This document shows positions 38,216 to 47,084 of a stretch of 64,000 nt of DNA, piece by piece. A program made the translations under genes and the position numbers. Numbering within the stretch: position 1 is the first letter of the stretch; each line of letters begins with the position of its first letter. The DNA lies in IMG/VR virus record IMGVR_UViG_3300050821_024094, positions 10,778 through 74,777 of that record; one strand, 5' to 3'. A model generated the notes under the pieces. That model made no database searches. It had not been told where the DNA came from and worked only from the letters and a program-made list of their open reading frames with translations. The stretch comes from a virus.

Positions 38216-38332
38216 ATGAAAGAGATCATCATTGGCATCCTGCTCACGTGGGGCGTCGTCTCTGCTCTGGCCTGTTGGGCAATGTGCCGCGTCGCCGCGA
38301 TCGCAGACCGACAAATCGAAGAAGGGAATTGA
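38216..38332 (+). CDS. 38-aa single-TM peptide
   Basis: Manual ORF MKEIIIGILLTWGVVSALACWAMC...; fills operon gap. Confidence 0.5.
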   Translation: MKEIIIGILLTWGVVSALACWAMCRVAAIADRQIEEGN

Positions 38333-38334
38333 CC

Positions 38335-38997
38335 ATGGCAGCCGAGAAACGACGCGCCTGCGGCTATCGAAAGGTCGGTGGCCTCTACCTCGTGAGCGAT
38401 GGGCTTGGAGCGTCGTGCTGCAAGCTACCGATCATCCTTAAGACGTGTCCATGCTGCGGCAATGGCGTGAAGCAAGCGCGCGGCTGGACGTGGATTGATC
38501 CGAGTCCGTGGATCAAAGGCGAGTGCAAGTCGTGGAATGGCAAAAAATCGATGGCAGGCGGGTTTTGCCCGCTCGCTGATCCGCGCGTGCTGGGTCAGCG
38601 CGTCGGCCTCCTCTGGATCGGCGAGCAGTTCTACCCGACACCCGAGGCATTCGCCGAGGAAGCGAATGAGATGGGCATCTCGCGCCGCATCACGGCGGTC
38701 CCGCGCGGGTTCAAGGTCGGAGAGCATTGGGTGTTCCTCGCGCATCCGAAGCTGGAGCGCTCGATCAATCCGGACACGAAAGAGGCCGAGTGGGCGGGTG
38801 GCGTGTTCCGCGTCTTCAAGCCCACGCGCATCGAGAAGATCATCACGGAGAGCCAGTCGAAGGACGAGATCGCGATGAAGCGGCTCGAGCTCCAGAAGAT
38901 CACATCCGTCATCGTGCCCGACGACGACAAGGACCACCAAGGGACCGTCTACGACAAAGACGAAGCGGACGGCGACCTATTCGCAGAGGAGAATTGA
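38335..38997 (+). CDS. Cys-rich hypothetical protein
   Basis: RACGYRKVGGLYL, CPCCG, WIGEQFYPTP..F..EA..MG.SRRI. Confidence 0.8.
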   Translation: MAAEKRRACGYRKVGGLYLVSDGLGASCCKLPIILKTCPCCGNGVKQARGWTWIDPSPWIKGECKSWNGKKSMAGGFCPLADPRVLGQRVGLLWIGEQFYPTPEAFAEEANEMGISRRITAVPRGFKVGEHWVFLAHPKLERSINPDTKEAEWAGGVFRVFKPTRIEKIITESQSKDEIAMKRLELQKITSVIVPDDDKDHQGTVYDKDEADGDLFAEEN

Positions 38998-38998
38998 C

Positions 38999-39211
38999 GT
39001 GACACCAGAACAAGTAAAGGGCCTGCGGATGATCTGCGATGGCATCATCGAAGCAATCAAAGCAGGTGGCCCGCTCGGAGCACCAGCAGGTGTGCTCTAT
39101 GCGGCGTTGATGGGCGCGGGCTGCTCACTCGACCAATTCAACCAGATCATGTCTGGCCTGGTGCGAGCGGGCAAAGTGCGCAAGCGCGGCGACTGCTACC
39201 ATGCAGTCTGA
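38999..39211 (+). CDS. Small winged-helix-like protein
   Basis: GAP.GVLYAALM...LDQF..I...L...G.V. Confidence 0.65.
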   Translation: MTPEQVKGLRMICDGIIEAIKAGGPLGAPAGVLYAALMGAGCSLDQFNQIMSGLVRAGKVRKRGDCYHAV

Positions 39212-39251
39212 CCCGCGTGCTATGACTGCCCCTTTCGAGGGGCAGTCATTC

Positions 39252-39479
39252 ATGAGCCAGAACAAGCCGATGACCGGCGCGACGCTTCAGCGTTGGCGCA
39301 AGAAACGCAAACTGTCGGAACGCGGGGCCTGCCTGGTGCTCGGCCTTTCACGCGGCGCGCTTCGCAACTTCGAGGCAGCCGGCGCTCCGCTCTATATTGC
39401 GTTGGCATGTGCCGCACTCGACGCGAACCTCAGCCCTGTCGGCGTTCGCGGCAAACCGAAGTCTCGTACCCTTCGATAA
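39252..39479 (+). CDS. Small XRE-type HTH regulator
   Basis: MT...LQRWRK..KLS...A..LGLSR.....E...P.YIALACAAL. Confidence 0.75.
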   Translation: MSQNKPMTGATLQRWRKKRKLSERGACLVLGLSRGALRNFEAAGAPLYIALACAALDANLSPVGVRGKPKSRTLR

Positions 39480-39534
39480 CCCACTGGAGTAACCGACGAA
39501 AACACAGAACGAGATTGACTGTCTACGCCCGGTG

Positions 39535-39552
39535 TGGTCCATATATGTACCA
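39535..39552 (+). promoter_or_regulatory. Palindromic operator 3
   Basis: TGGTCC-ATATAT-GTACCA; TTGACT 20 bp upstream. Confidence 0.7.
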
Positions 39553-39602
39553 AGCCAAGCCGACGCGGAAAACTGCGCGGCTCCCTACCACGGAGAAGAC
39601 CA

Positions 39603-39992
39603 ATGAACATCCTCACAGGCGAGCGCCTTGCGCGTACCGCCCCGGTGCGCAAGCGCCGACCAGCCATCACCACCACCACTCCCGACGTCACCGAGTACGT
39701 CGTCCATTGGCGAACCTACACCGCGCGACAAGTCTGGCTCGCCGGCGCCGAGGTCTACGCTTGCAAGGACAAGATGCTTCGCGAGATTTACGCCGGCGCG
39801 GTGAACACCGTGCAGCGCGTCATATCCTACAACGCGGCCGAAGGATGGGCGCATGACGTGAGCGCAGACGTCGCCCAGGAGATCGCCGACCGCTTCAACT
39901 CGACGGGCGACTCCATCGAACGGTCGCTCATCAATTTCCTCCACGACCACCTCGGCGTCGAGTCGACGCTTGAGCTCAACACGGAGGAGTGA
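39603..39992 (+). CDS. Hypothetical protein
   Basis: GGAG SD plus motif; RVI.YN..EGW..DVS.D.A pattern. Confidence 0.75.
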   Translation: MNILTGERLARTAPVRKRRPAITTTTPDVTEYVVHWRTYTARQVWLAGAEVYACKDKMLREIYAGAVNTVQRVISYNAAEGWAHDVSADVAQEIADRFNSTGDSIERSLINFLHDHLGVESTLELNTEE

Positions 39993-39995
39993 GCG

Positions 39996-40235
39996 ATGGC
40001 CAAGAAGCTTTTCATCGCAGCCTTCTTCGTGGACGCAGAGCGGTTCGACGAGATGACCGGCGCCGGCTCGCCCCACAAGGACGACGTCATGGCCCTGCTT
40101 GAGAACCAGCTCGGCATGGACGGAGACGTCACAGACTTCGCCGTTTGGGATGGCACCGACAACACGGTCGTCCTGCTCAAAGAGATTGCCGACGCGATCA
40201 ATGACTCGCGCCGTCACCGTTTCGAGGAGCACTGA
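39996..40235 (+). CDS. Hypothetical acidic protein
   Basis: GGAG SD; in operon. Confidence 0.65.
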   Translation: MAKKLFIAAFFVDAERFDEMTGAGSPHKDDVMALLENQLGMDGDVTDFAVWDGTDNTVVLLKEIADAINDSRRHRFEEH

Positions 40236-40333
40236 CCATGCCTTGGGTCGCGCTCTTCCTCGGTTTCTGGGCCGGCGACACGGTTGCATAAATAAGAACT
40301 TCCCTACCACCGATAAGCAACGAGGAATTGAGA

Positions 40334-40507
40334 ATGAGTATCGGCGAAGAACAGCGACTCCGATCGGAGATCGCATTCATCGAACAGCGTTACGACGGCC
40401 ACTACCCGAAGTCGATCTGGGCAGTCCTCGAAATCTACCAGCGCGAGCTGGCCGAATGCCTCGCCAAGAAGGACGCCGCTCCGAGCACTGGAGCTGCACA
40501 ACAATAA
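40334..40507 (+). CDS. Hypothetical 57-aa protein
   Basis: Manual ORF MSIGEEQRLRSEIAFIEQRY...; GAGG SD plus motif. Confidence 0.6.
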   Translation: MSIGEEQRLRSEIAFIEQRYDGHYPKSIWAVLEIYQRELAECLAKKDAAPSTGAAQQ

Positions 40508-40572
40508 GCCACTGAGAACCGAGGAGCCGGATCAACCGGCCCTCTCCATCCCTACCACCAGGATCAATCCCC

Positions 40573-42117
40573 ATGCTCGATGTCACCACCGGCGCGCTCG
40601 CGCGCTGCAGCGAAGACGTCACTCAAGACCGGCCGACCGACACCGGTATTGTCCCGCGCGACACGGTCGAGACCATCGTGCGCAACCGCGACCGCGCATT
40701 GGAGCTCTACTGCCTCGCCCACCAGGCCCTGAACACCGCGAACGAAGCTGTCGCCGGAGCGGCAGGAGCAACACGTGACCTCTGCCCAGGAGAGAACCGT
40801 TACAACCACCATCTCAGCAGCGAGAAGGCCCATTGGCTCAAGCCAGGCCGAGTGCCGTCGCGCGAAGACTACATGGCGACCGCGCGCAAGATCACGGACA
40901 CAGATGTCTGGTCGCACCTGATCGCGATCACCGACCTTGAGAAGCTCATGGATCGCAAGGCGAAGGACGAGTTCTCGCGGCAGCTTCAAGACGATCCGCC
41001 TGAGGTGACGGTCGACAACGTGTTCGCGACACTTGAGCACTTCATGGCGGACGCCGGCACCATCTTCCGGCGCGGCATCGCCAATTGCTTCTCCAGCCTC
41101 GATCGCCGGTTCAAGTCACACGACGGTTTCAAGATCGGGAGCCGCGTGATCCTCACCCACATGTTCGATGGGTTTGGCCACATGAACTATCACCGCAACA
41201 CCGAGGCGACGCTCATCGACATCGACCGCACGTTCCGCCTGCTCGACGGAAAGAAGGACTGCGACGTCTACACCGGCATCGTCGGCGCGCTGCGCAACGA
41301 CCGCACGGGTTGGGGCGCTCGGCAGACCGAGACGCACTCTGACTACTTCAAGGTCGTCGGCTACATGAACGGCAACGCGCACATTTGGTTCAAGCGCGAC
41401 GACCTGCTCGAGAAGGTCAACAAGATGCTCGCCGAATACTACGGCGAAACAATCGGCGACGGAAACGACCGCGACGATGGCGGACTGTTCACACCCAAGA
41501 CGACGCTAGCGAAGCACTACGGCTTCTACCCGACGCCGGATGAAGCATCGAAGACGATCATCGACATGGCCGGGCTCTATCGAGAGAAGGGCATGCCTGC
41601 GCTCCGCATCCTCGAACCGTCCGCCGGCACCGGCAACCTCGCGCGGCGTTGCGTGCGAGGATACGGCGAAGGGCACGAGAGCGTGTCGTATCACGCTCGC
41701 GAGCGCATCGCATCCGAGCCCAACCTGGTCGACTGTGTCGAGGTGCAGGCCAATCTCGCCAGCGACCTCAAGGCCGAGGGCATTTATCGGAAGGTCTACG
41801 CCCAGGACTTCCTCACGCTGCAACCCGTCGGCCTCTACGACCGCGTGGTGATGAACCCGCCGTTCGATCGGGAGCGCGACATTGATCACGTCATGCACGC
41901 GCTCAACTTCCTCGCCGACGACGGCGTGTTGATCGCGATTATGTCGGCAGGCACCGAGTTCCGCGAGACGCGCAAGGCAACCGCCTTCCGCGCGTTGATG
42001 AAAAAAATGAACGCCCACTGGCGCGATCTGCCGGCCGGATCGTTCTCCTCCGTCGGCACGAACTGCAACACGATCGTGCTGAAGGTCAGCAAGAACGGCC
42101 GGCACTTCTATCACTGA
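40573..42117 (+). CDS. DUF4942-type DNA N6-adenine methyltransferase
   Basis: FYPTP, LEPSAGTGNL, VVMNPPF; N-terminal helical domain. Confidence 0.88.
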   Translation: MLDVTTGALARCSEDVTQDRPTDTGIVPRDTVETIVRNRDRALELYCLAHQALNTANEAVAGAAGATRDLCPGENRYNHHLSSEKAHWLKPGRVPSREDYMATARKITDTDVWSHLIAITDLEKLMDRKAKDEFSRQLQDDPPEVTVDNVFATLEHFMADAGTIFRRGIANCFSSLDRRFKSHDGFKIGSRVILTHMFDGFGHMNYHRNTEATLIDIDRTFRLLDGKKDCDVYTGIVGALRNDRTGWGARQTETHSDYFKVVGYMNGNAHIWFKRDDLLEKVNKMLAEYYGETIGDGNDRDDGGLFTPKTTLAKHYGFYPTPDEASKTIIDMAGLYREKGMPALRILEPSAGTGNLARRCVRGYGEGHESVSYHARERIASEPNLVDCVEVQANLASDLKAEGIYRKVYAQDFLTLQPVGLYDRVVMNPPFDRERDIDHVMHALNFLADDGVLIAIMSAGTEFRETRKATAFRALMKKMNAHWRDLPAGSFSSVGTNCNTIVLKVSKNGRHFYH

Positions 42118-42157
42118 CTCAAGATCTAACCATCCCTACCACCAGGAGCAGACAACG

Positions 42158-42502
42158 ATGGCACTCCCAGCGACATACCGACCACGCGAAGGCGACATCC
42201 TGATCCTGCACGCGAGGGTCAAGCACAGCTTCACAGGCAGCGACGACGGGCTGTACGTCGAGATCGAAGGTCACTACAGCACGCCGTGCCTTCCACCGGA
42301 GAGTTTCGCAGGTGTCCATCGCCTCGGCTTCGAGGTTGGTGACTACGTTTGGCACGTCGACCAGCAAGCACACGCCACCGTGCTCGCGATCAACGGCAAC
42401 CAAGCTTGGATCAAGTGGCAGATCGGCGGGTCCACCATGGTCATTGCCATGACTGACCTAGAGCGCAGCGCGCGCCCGGAGCAAGCGGAGGCCGCGGAAT
42501 GA
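42158..42502 (+). CDS. Hypothetical protein (SH3/KOW-like)
   Basis: AGGAG SD plus motif; FEVGDYV...ATVLAI. Confidence 0.65.
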   Translation: MALPATYRPREGDILILHARVKHSFTGSDDGLYVEIEGHYSTPCLPPESFAGVHRLGFEVGDYVWHVDQQAHATVLAINGNQAWIKWQIGGSTMVIAMTDLERSARPEQAEAAE

Positions 42503-43347
42503 ACACGCTCAAGACGACGCTGCTCCTGACCGCAATGATGGCAGCGTTCCTCGCCATCGGTAATTTGTTTGCCGACACCGCCGGCGCGGTGGTCGGCTTC
42601 ATCGCCGCCATCCTGTTCGGTGCGCACACCTACTGGTACGGGCTTCAGAACGCCGTGCGCACGCATCAAGCCAAGCCCGCCGACTTCGCCCGCAAGCGAG
42701 AGCGACAGTTGATCGAGCTGGTCAACGAGCTCGCGAGAAACGCAGGCATCCCGACGCCTCGCGTCTTCGTGTTCGACAGCGCCCAGCCGAATGCGTTTGC
42801 CGCCGGGCGCGGACCGAGTCATTCCGCGATCATCGTCTCGACCGGGCTACTGGCCTGCCTCGATTGGAACGAAATCGCCGGCGTGATCGCGCACGAGCAG
42901 GCGCATATCAAGAACCGCGACGCGCTCACGATGACGGTTGCCTCTGGCCTGGCCGGCGTGATCGCCTTCCTTGCGGGGACCATCGCCATGCTCGGGCTGG
43001 CCAACCGCCGGGGCGGCGGGATCGGTGCGATCGTGTTCGGCGCCATCATGGCGCTTGGGGCGCTTGTGCTCCAAGCCATGCTCGGCCGGTCACGAGAGTA
43101 TGTCGCCGACCGTGATGGCGCAGCGATCTGCGGTCACCCACTTTGGATCGCCAGGGCATTGCGCCGCATGAGCGGAGGAACGAAGCAGGTCAATCATGCT
43201 GCGGAGAGCAACCCGGCTCTATCGGCCCTCTACTTCGTGAACCCTCTGTCCGGGGGTTGGGTGGCGAGGATGTTCTCGACTCACCCGCCCGTTGAGAAGA
43301 GAATCAGACGACTGGAGCGAATGACCGAACACGGAGGGACTAAGTGA
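42499..43347 (+). CDS. htpX: Membrane zinc metalloprotease HtpX (M48)
   Basis: QPNAFAAGR, VIAHEQAHIKNRD, SREYVAD, FSTHPP.EKRI. Confidence 0.92.
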   Translation: MNTLKTTLLLTAMMAAFLAIGNLFADTAGAVVGFIAAILFGAHTYWYGLQNAVRTHQAKPADFARKRERQLIELVNELARNAGIPTPRVFVFDSAQPNAFAAGRGPSHSAIIVSTGLLACLDWNEIAGVIAHEQAHIKNRDALTMTVASGLAGVIAFLAGTIAMLGLANRRGGGIGAIVFGAIMALGALVLQAMLGRSREYVADRDGAAICGHPLWIARALRRMSGGTKQVNHAAESNPALSALYFVNPLSGGWVARMFSTHPPVEKRIRRLERMTEHGGTK

Positions 43348-43553
43348 AGCTCGCAGACGTTGACGTCCAAGACCTCATCACAGCGCTCCGCGATGAACGC
43401 AGTGTCGGTATCAGCGCAGCGCGGGAAGAACATCGGAAGCCGACGGACGCAGAAGAGATCACTTTCTGCGTCTTAAGGGCCCTAGAGTGCGCACTAGCAG
43501 CGGCGATTTCGCGGCGAGAGACAGAAGTTTACGACCCTACGTTGGGGGCTTGA
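43344..43553 (+). CDS. Hypothetical protein
   Basis: GGAGG SD; last gene of plus-strand block. Confidence 0.5.
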   Translation: MKLADVDVQDLITALRDERSVGISAAREEHRKPTDAEEITFCVLRALECALAAAISRRETEVYDPTLGA

Positions 43554-43590
43554 AAAAGAACCGGCCAGAACCCGAGGGCTCTGGCCGGTC
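43553..43590 (-). terminator. Intrinsic terminator of candidate sRNA
   Basis: GACCGGCCAGAGCCC-TC-GGGTTCTGGCCGGTT-CTTTTT on minus strand. Confidence 0.85.
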
Positions 43591-43659
43591 TAGTTGGCAA
43601 ATGCTTCCCTACCACAGGAGCAACGAAGACGTGTCACAGGGACACGCGCCCTTCGTAGC
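43553..43659 (-). ncRNA. Candidate trans-acting sRNA antisense to the phage RBS motif
   Basis: Upstream TTGCGA-N17-CATGTT; 5' hairpin; seed CTCCTGTGGTAGGGAAG; 3' terminator with T run. Confidence 0.7.
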
Positions 43660-43663
43660 CCCG

Positions 43664-43693
43664 AACATGGATCAGGAAGCGGTGAATCGCAAG
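43664..43693 (-). promoter_or_regulatory. Sigma70-like promoter of candidate sRNA
   Basis: (C)TTGCGA at 43692-43687, 17-bp spacer, CATGTT at 43669-43664. Confidence 0.55.
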
Positions 43694-44080
43694 ATGGCGC
43701 CTGCCCTAAATGTTAACGCCAGTGCCGCGACCAGGTCCGAGTGCAGAGCTTGCATTCGACCCGTTCAATCAGAACCTCCCGGCTAGTGCTTAGGCCGATG
43801 ACGTCCGTCTCCGCCCCAAGCGGGCAGATGCAAGGGACGGCGCGGGCCTCGGAGACTTTGGCGGCCTTATCAACCGGCCGCTCGGCGGTGAGAACATCAC
43901 ATTCGGAGATCATGGTTTGGCCTGGAGGTTGCCCAGGCACAGATGCGCGTCCTCGCGCGCGCACGCGCGAGAGATGACCGATCGGAATGTGTCTGGAAAT
44001 GCGAAACGCAAACGGGCCCCACCTGGGGGCCCGCGCAAGTTCCGCCGAATCTATTTATTTGTTAGCACGGTTGAGCAAGG

Positions 44081-44692
44081 CTAGCCAAGTGACATGAGAC
44101 GCGCTTCGAGCGCCGCCGCCTCCAGGCCGTGACTTGCGAGAGCCGCATCGATCTGATCGTCAGCAGGCATCACCGCTTTGAGCTTGTGCGCGATCGCCAC
44201 CATCTGGAGATCGCGCCGCTCATAGACCGAGTTCCGGTGAAGGCCGAGTGAGCGAGCAATTTGCTGCCCCTCCTTCCCGGCCGCCATGCCGCAAATGATC
44301 TGATAGTCGCGGCGTCGGTTTTTCCCGACCAGGAGCTTGGGGAAGACGTCGAAGATGACGTGCATGCGCTGCACGTCCCTCGGCGTCGGCTGAGCGGTCC
44401 GGAGCAGAGAATCATTGCTCTGGTGCCCTGCCTCGATCGCGGCGAGCTCGGTGCGATAGGCTTCCATTCGCTCCTCTTGCGTGCGCGTAAATTCCGGCCA
44501 GAGAGACCGCATGGAGTAGAGCAATGCGGCCTCCGGATCGGGGAGCTTCTTCATCGTCGTCATCGCCCGCTGGAGGACGTAGAAGACCAGATCGGTGGGT
44601 CTCACCCTTTCCTTGCCCTCGGCGACGAGAGCTTGGAGAGCATCCCTGAAAGCCAGGTGCAGGATCTCGGGGTAGTCCTTCTCCCCTGCCAT
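44081..44692 (-). CDS. Putative late transcription regulator (Q-position, C-terminal HTH)
   Basis: Last gene of replication operon; QQIARSLGLHRNSVYER HTH. Confidence 0.65.
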   Translation of the reverse strand: MAGEKDYPEILHLAFRDALQALVAEGKERVRPTDLVFYVLQRAMTTMKKLPDPEAALLYSMRSLWPEFTRTQEERMEAYRTELAAIEAGHQSNDSLLRTAQPTPRDVQRMHVIFDVFPKLLVGKNRRRDYQIICGMAAGKEGQQIARSLGLHRNSVYERRDLQMVAIAHKLKAVMPADDQIDAALASHGLEAAALEARLMSLG

Positions 44693-45015
44693 CACACCAC
44701 CAGATCGTCTTCGGCCGGCAACGATAGCTCGAGCCGCGCACTGGAGCGCTGCACAAGGTAGATCGCCTCCATCAGGTCGGGAGAGCGATCCTGGATCATG
44801 AAAACCTCGCCGCGTTCGTGCGCCAGACACACTTCGACCGCGAGAGCCTGGAGCACGATGCGCTGGTCGCCGGGCAGGTTGGAGAACTCGAGACTCTTGT
44901 CGCCGGCGAGGTTGCCTTGGTGGTAGATCGCGTAATCGCCGGCCTTCGCCATACGCAAGAAGACCTTGAACTCGTCCGCAGTGGTGACCGTGGTGGGTTT
45001 TTTCTTGGTGCTCAT
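44692..45015 (-). CDS. Hypothetical protein
   Basis: A..GD..IYH.GNLA.D pattern; GGAG SD plus motif. Confidence 0.7.
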   Translation of the reverse strand: MSTKKKPTTVTTADEFKVFLRMAKAGDYAIYHQGNLAGDKSLEFSNLPGDQRIVLQALAVEVCLAHERGEVFMIQDRSPDLMEAIYLVQRSSARLELSLPAEDDLVV

Positions 45016-45068
45016 TGGTCGATGTCTCCGTGGTGGTAGGGATTGTGTTGTGTGTTTTTTGTGAGAGC

Positions 45069-45527
45069 TCAGAAGGGGATTTCGTCGTCGAGCTCGTCGC
45101 GACGAGACGTCTGCGGACCATCTGCCGGCGGAGGAGTGCCGGCGTCCGCCGGGCGATTGCCCTTGTTTTGGTCCCAGGCTTTGCAGCGGATGATTTGCAG
45201 CTCGGATTTGAACGGCCGCAGCACGACCTCGGTCGCGTAGCGTTTGCCACCACCCTGGTCTTCCCAAGAGCGGGTCTCGAGCTGGCCCACGATCATGATC
45301 TGATCGCCCTTGGCGAGGTACTGTTCGATGACCTTCACCAGGCCATCGGCCCAGACGACGACGCGGTGCCACTGCGTCTTCTCCTTGCGCTCGCCCGTGC
45401 TCTTGTCCTTCCAGCTTTCCGAGGTGGCGATCGAGAGCGTCGCGAGCTTCGCACCGTCGGCGAGAGCTTTGACTTCGGGGTCCTGGCCGAGATTGCCGAG
45501 CAGGATGACTTTGTTCATTGCAGCCAT
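45069..45527 (-). CDS. ssb: Single-stranded DNA-binding protein
   Basis: NKVILLGNLGQDPE, TQWHRVV, LDDEIPF tail. Confidence 0.97.
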   Translation of the reverse strand: MAAMNKVILLGNLGQDPEVKALADGAKLATLSIATSESWKDKSTGERKEKTQWHRVVVWADGLVKVIEQYLAKGDQIMIVGQLETRSWEDQGGGKRYATEVVLRPFKSELQIIRCKAWDQNKGNRPADAGTPPPADGPQTSRRDELDDEIPF

Positions 45528-45542
45528 GTGGTAGGTCTCCGT

Positions 45543-47084
45543 TTATTGACTGAAGGTTTCAGTGTGAGGGTCGAACTTGAACGACGTTGATCCTCGATTG
45601 CCGAGGGCCTTGAAGCGGAACTTTTTCCCGTGGATGAAGGTCTCCCCGAGGGTCTCGTTTCGGTCCACGACGATTCCAATGTCGGGCTTATTGACCCAGG
45701 CGGCGGAACCGTCTGCGTCATAGAGGGACATGTCGCCGCTCTCCTTCATGCCGCCCGACTTGGTTGGGTGGACGACGACGATCACGAGCACGTCGTATGA
45801 ATGGGCGAAGCGCTTGAGCGCGCGGATGGCGCGGTTTGCGTACTGCGTTTCGTTCTCGTCCTTTCGGCGACAGTGTTCGAGTTCGTTCCAGGGATCGATG
45901 AGCAGCACCTTGATGCCGTCCCGAATGACGGCATCGGCCGCGCGATCAATCAGCCATTCCAGTGTTGGGTCTTCGTCCTCGGTTCGAGGATCGATGTGGA
46001 AGAACGCGAAGTGCCGATTGATCCATTCGTCCGCCAGCTCGCGATCATCCGATGACCAATCCGGCCGAGCCTTGCCGGCGTGGTGCGTGCGCAGGATGTC
46101 GCGAACGTAGGGGACAGTCGGCATCTCGAAGCTCGCAATGCCGGCGTTCCAGTGATGGAGCTTCACGGTCTGGCAGAGGGTTTGCAGCGTCCAGGTCGAC
46201 TTGCCAGAGCCGGGCGCACCGAGCACGACCATGAACATCCCGGTCGCCAGCATGATCGAGCACAGGCCGGGCGCATGAGCGGGCGTGTCGAGGCGGCCAA
46301 AGCCAGTCGAGTAGACGGTCGGCGGTGGCGCGTCCGGGAAGTCGCGCAGGTGATAGATGCCGCGCACCGGGAACGGCGCTGCGTCATGGATCAACCGGCA
46401 GACGGCGCTGGCGCCTTGCTGCTTGAGCACCTCGTTGGCGTCCGGCTTCTCGCCCTTGAGGTCGGGGAAGCGAACGAACGAGCAGCGCACGCGACCGAGG
46501 CGGCGGGCGATTTCGTCTCGGAGCCGCTCTCCCTGCTCGTCACCATCGGTGAACAGGATGTGGCGCTTGATCTCCTTGAGCCGGTCCCAATTGTTGAAGA
46601 TGTAGCTGTACTTGTCGTCGTGCTCGGGGTCGATGTCGTCGGCAGTCTGCGGCACAGGAGGGAATGGCTTGCCGTTCTTGTCACGCGCAGCCGGCGCACC
46701 ATCCGGCACGGAGACGACGAAGGGATAACCCGCCTGGATCACTGCGAGGCAATCGGGCTCGCCCTCCACCCAGACCAGCGCAGCCTCGCCCGTTTTGAGC
46801 GCGGGATCATCGAGGACGTCGGAGTTGTAGAGCGTCTTCTTGCCGCCCACCTTCTGCCACAGCCGCTTGCCGGCGGCGCGATACTTGGCGTTTACCTCCT
46901 GGCCGGCTTCGAGATACGGAAAGACGAGGATATCGCCGTTCGCGTCAGCGACGACCACGTTCTCGGGGTTTGCTTCATCGCCACGACGCTCGAGCCGACC
47001 GCTGAAGACTCCCATACGTAGGACGGTCTCGACGTCGATCGCTCGGCCTTCGAACCACGCCAAAGCTCTTGGATTGACCGTCAT
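45543..47084 (-). CDS. TOPRIM primase-DnaB-like helicase (T7 gp4/Twinkle-like) lacking Zn finger
   Basis: VEGEPD, SVPDGA, TDGDEQG, DANE, GAPGSGKS, IDPWNEL, VVHPTK; GGAGG SD before MTVNP. Confidence 0.9.
   Translation of the reverse strand: MTVNPRALAWFEGRAIDVETVLRMGVFSGRLERRGDEANPENVVVADANGDILVFPYLEAGQEVNAKYRAAGKRLWQKVGGKKTLYNSDVLDDPALKTGEAALVWVEGEPDCLAVIQAGYPFVVSVPDGAPAARDKNGKPFPPVPQTADDIDPEHDDKYSYIFNNWDRLKEIKRHILFTDGDEQGERLRDEIARRLGRVRCSFVRFPDLKGEKPDANEVLKQQGASAVCRLIHDAAPFPVRGIYHLRDFPDAPPPTVYSTGFGRLDTPAHAPGLCSIMLATGMFMVVLGAPGSGKSTWTLQTLCQTVKLHHWNAGIASFEMPTVPYVRDILRTHHAGKARPDWSSDDRELADEWINRHFAFFHIDPRTEDEDPTLEWLIDRAADAVIRDGIKVLLIDPWNELEHCRRKDENETQYANRAIRALKRFAHSYDVLVIVVVHPTKSGGMKESGDMSLYDADGSAAWVNKPDIGIVVDRNETLGETFIHGKKFRFKALGNRGSTSFKFDPHTETFSQ

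Noticed and set aside
31682-39552. Operators as LexA or CtrA boxes
   Set aside because: They match neither the alphaproteobacterial GTTC-N7-GTTC nor TTAA-N7-TTAA.
43631-43786. Plus-strand 51-aa ORF using the 43604 motif copy as its RBS
   Set aside because: Product is not protein-like and follows a strong hairpin. Promoter, hairpin and U-tailed terminator all fit a minus-strand RNA better. Not fully excluded.
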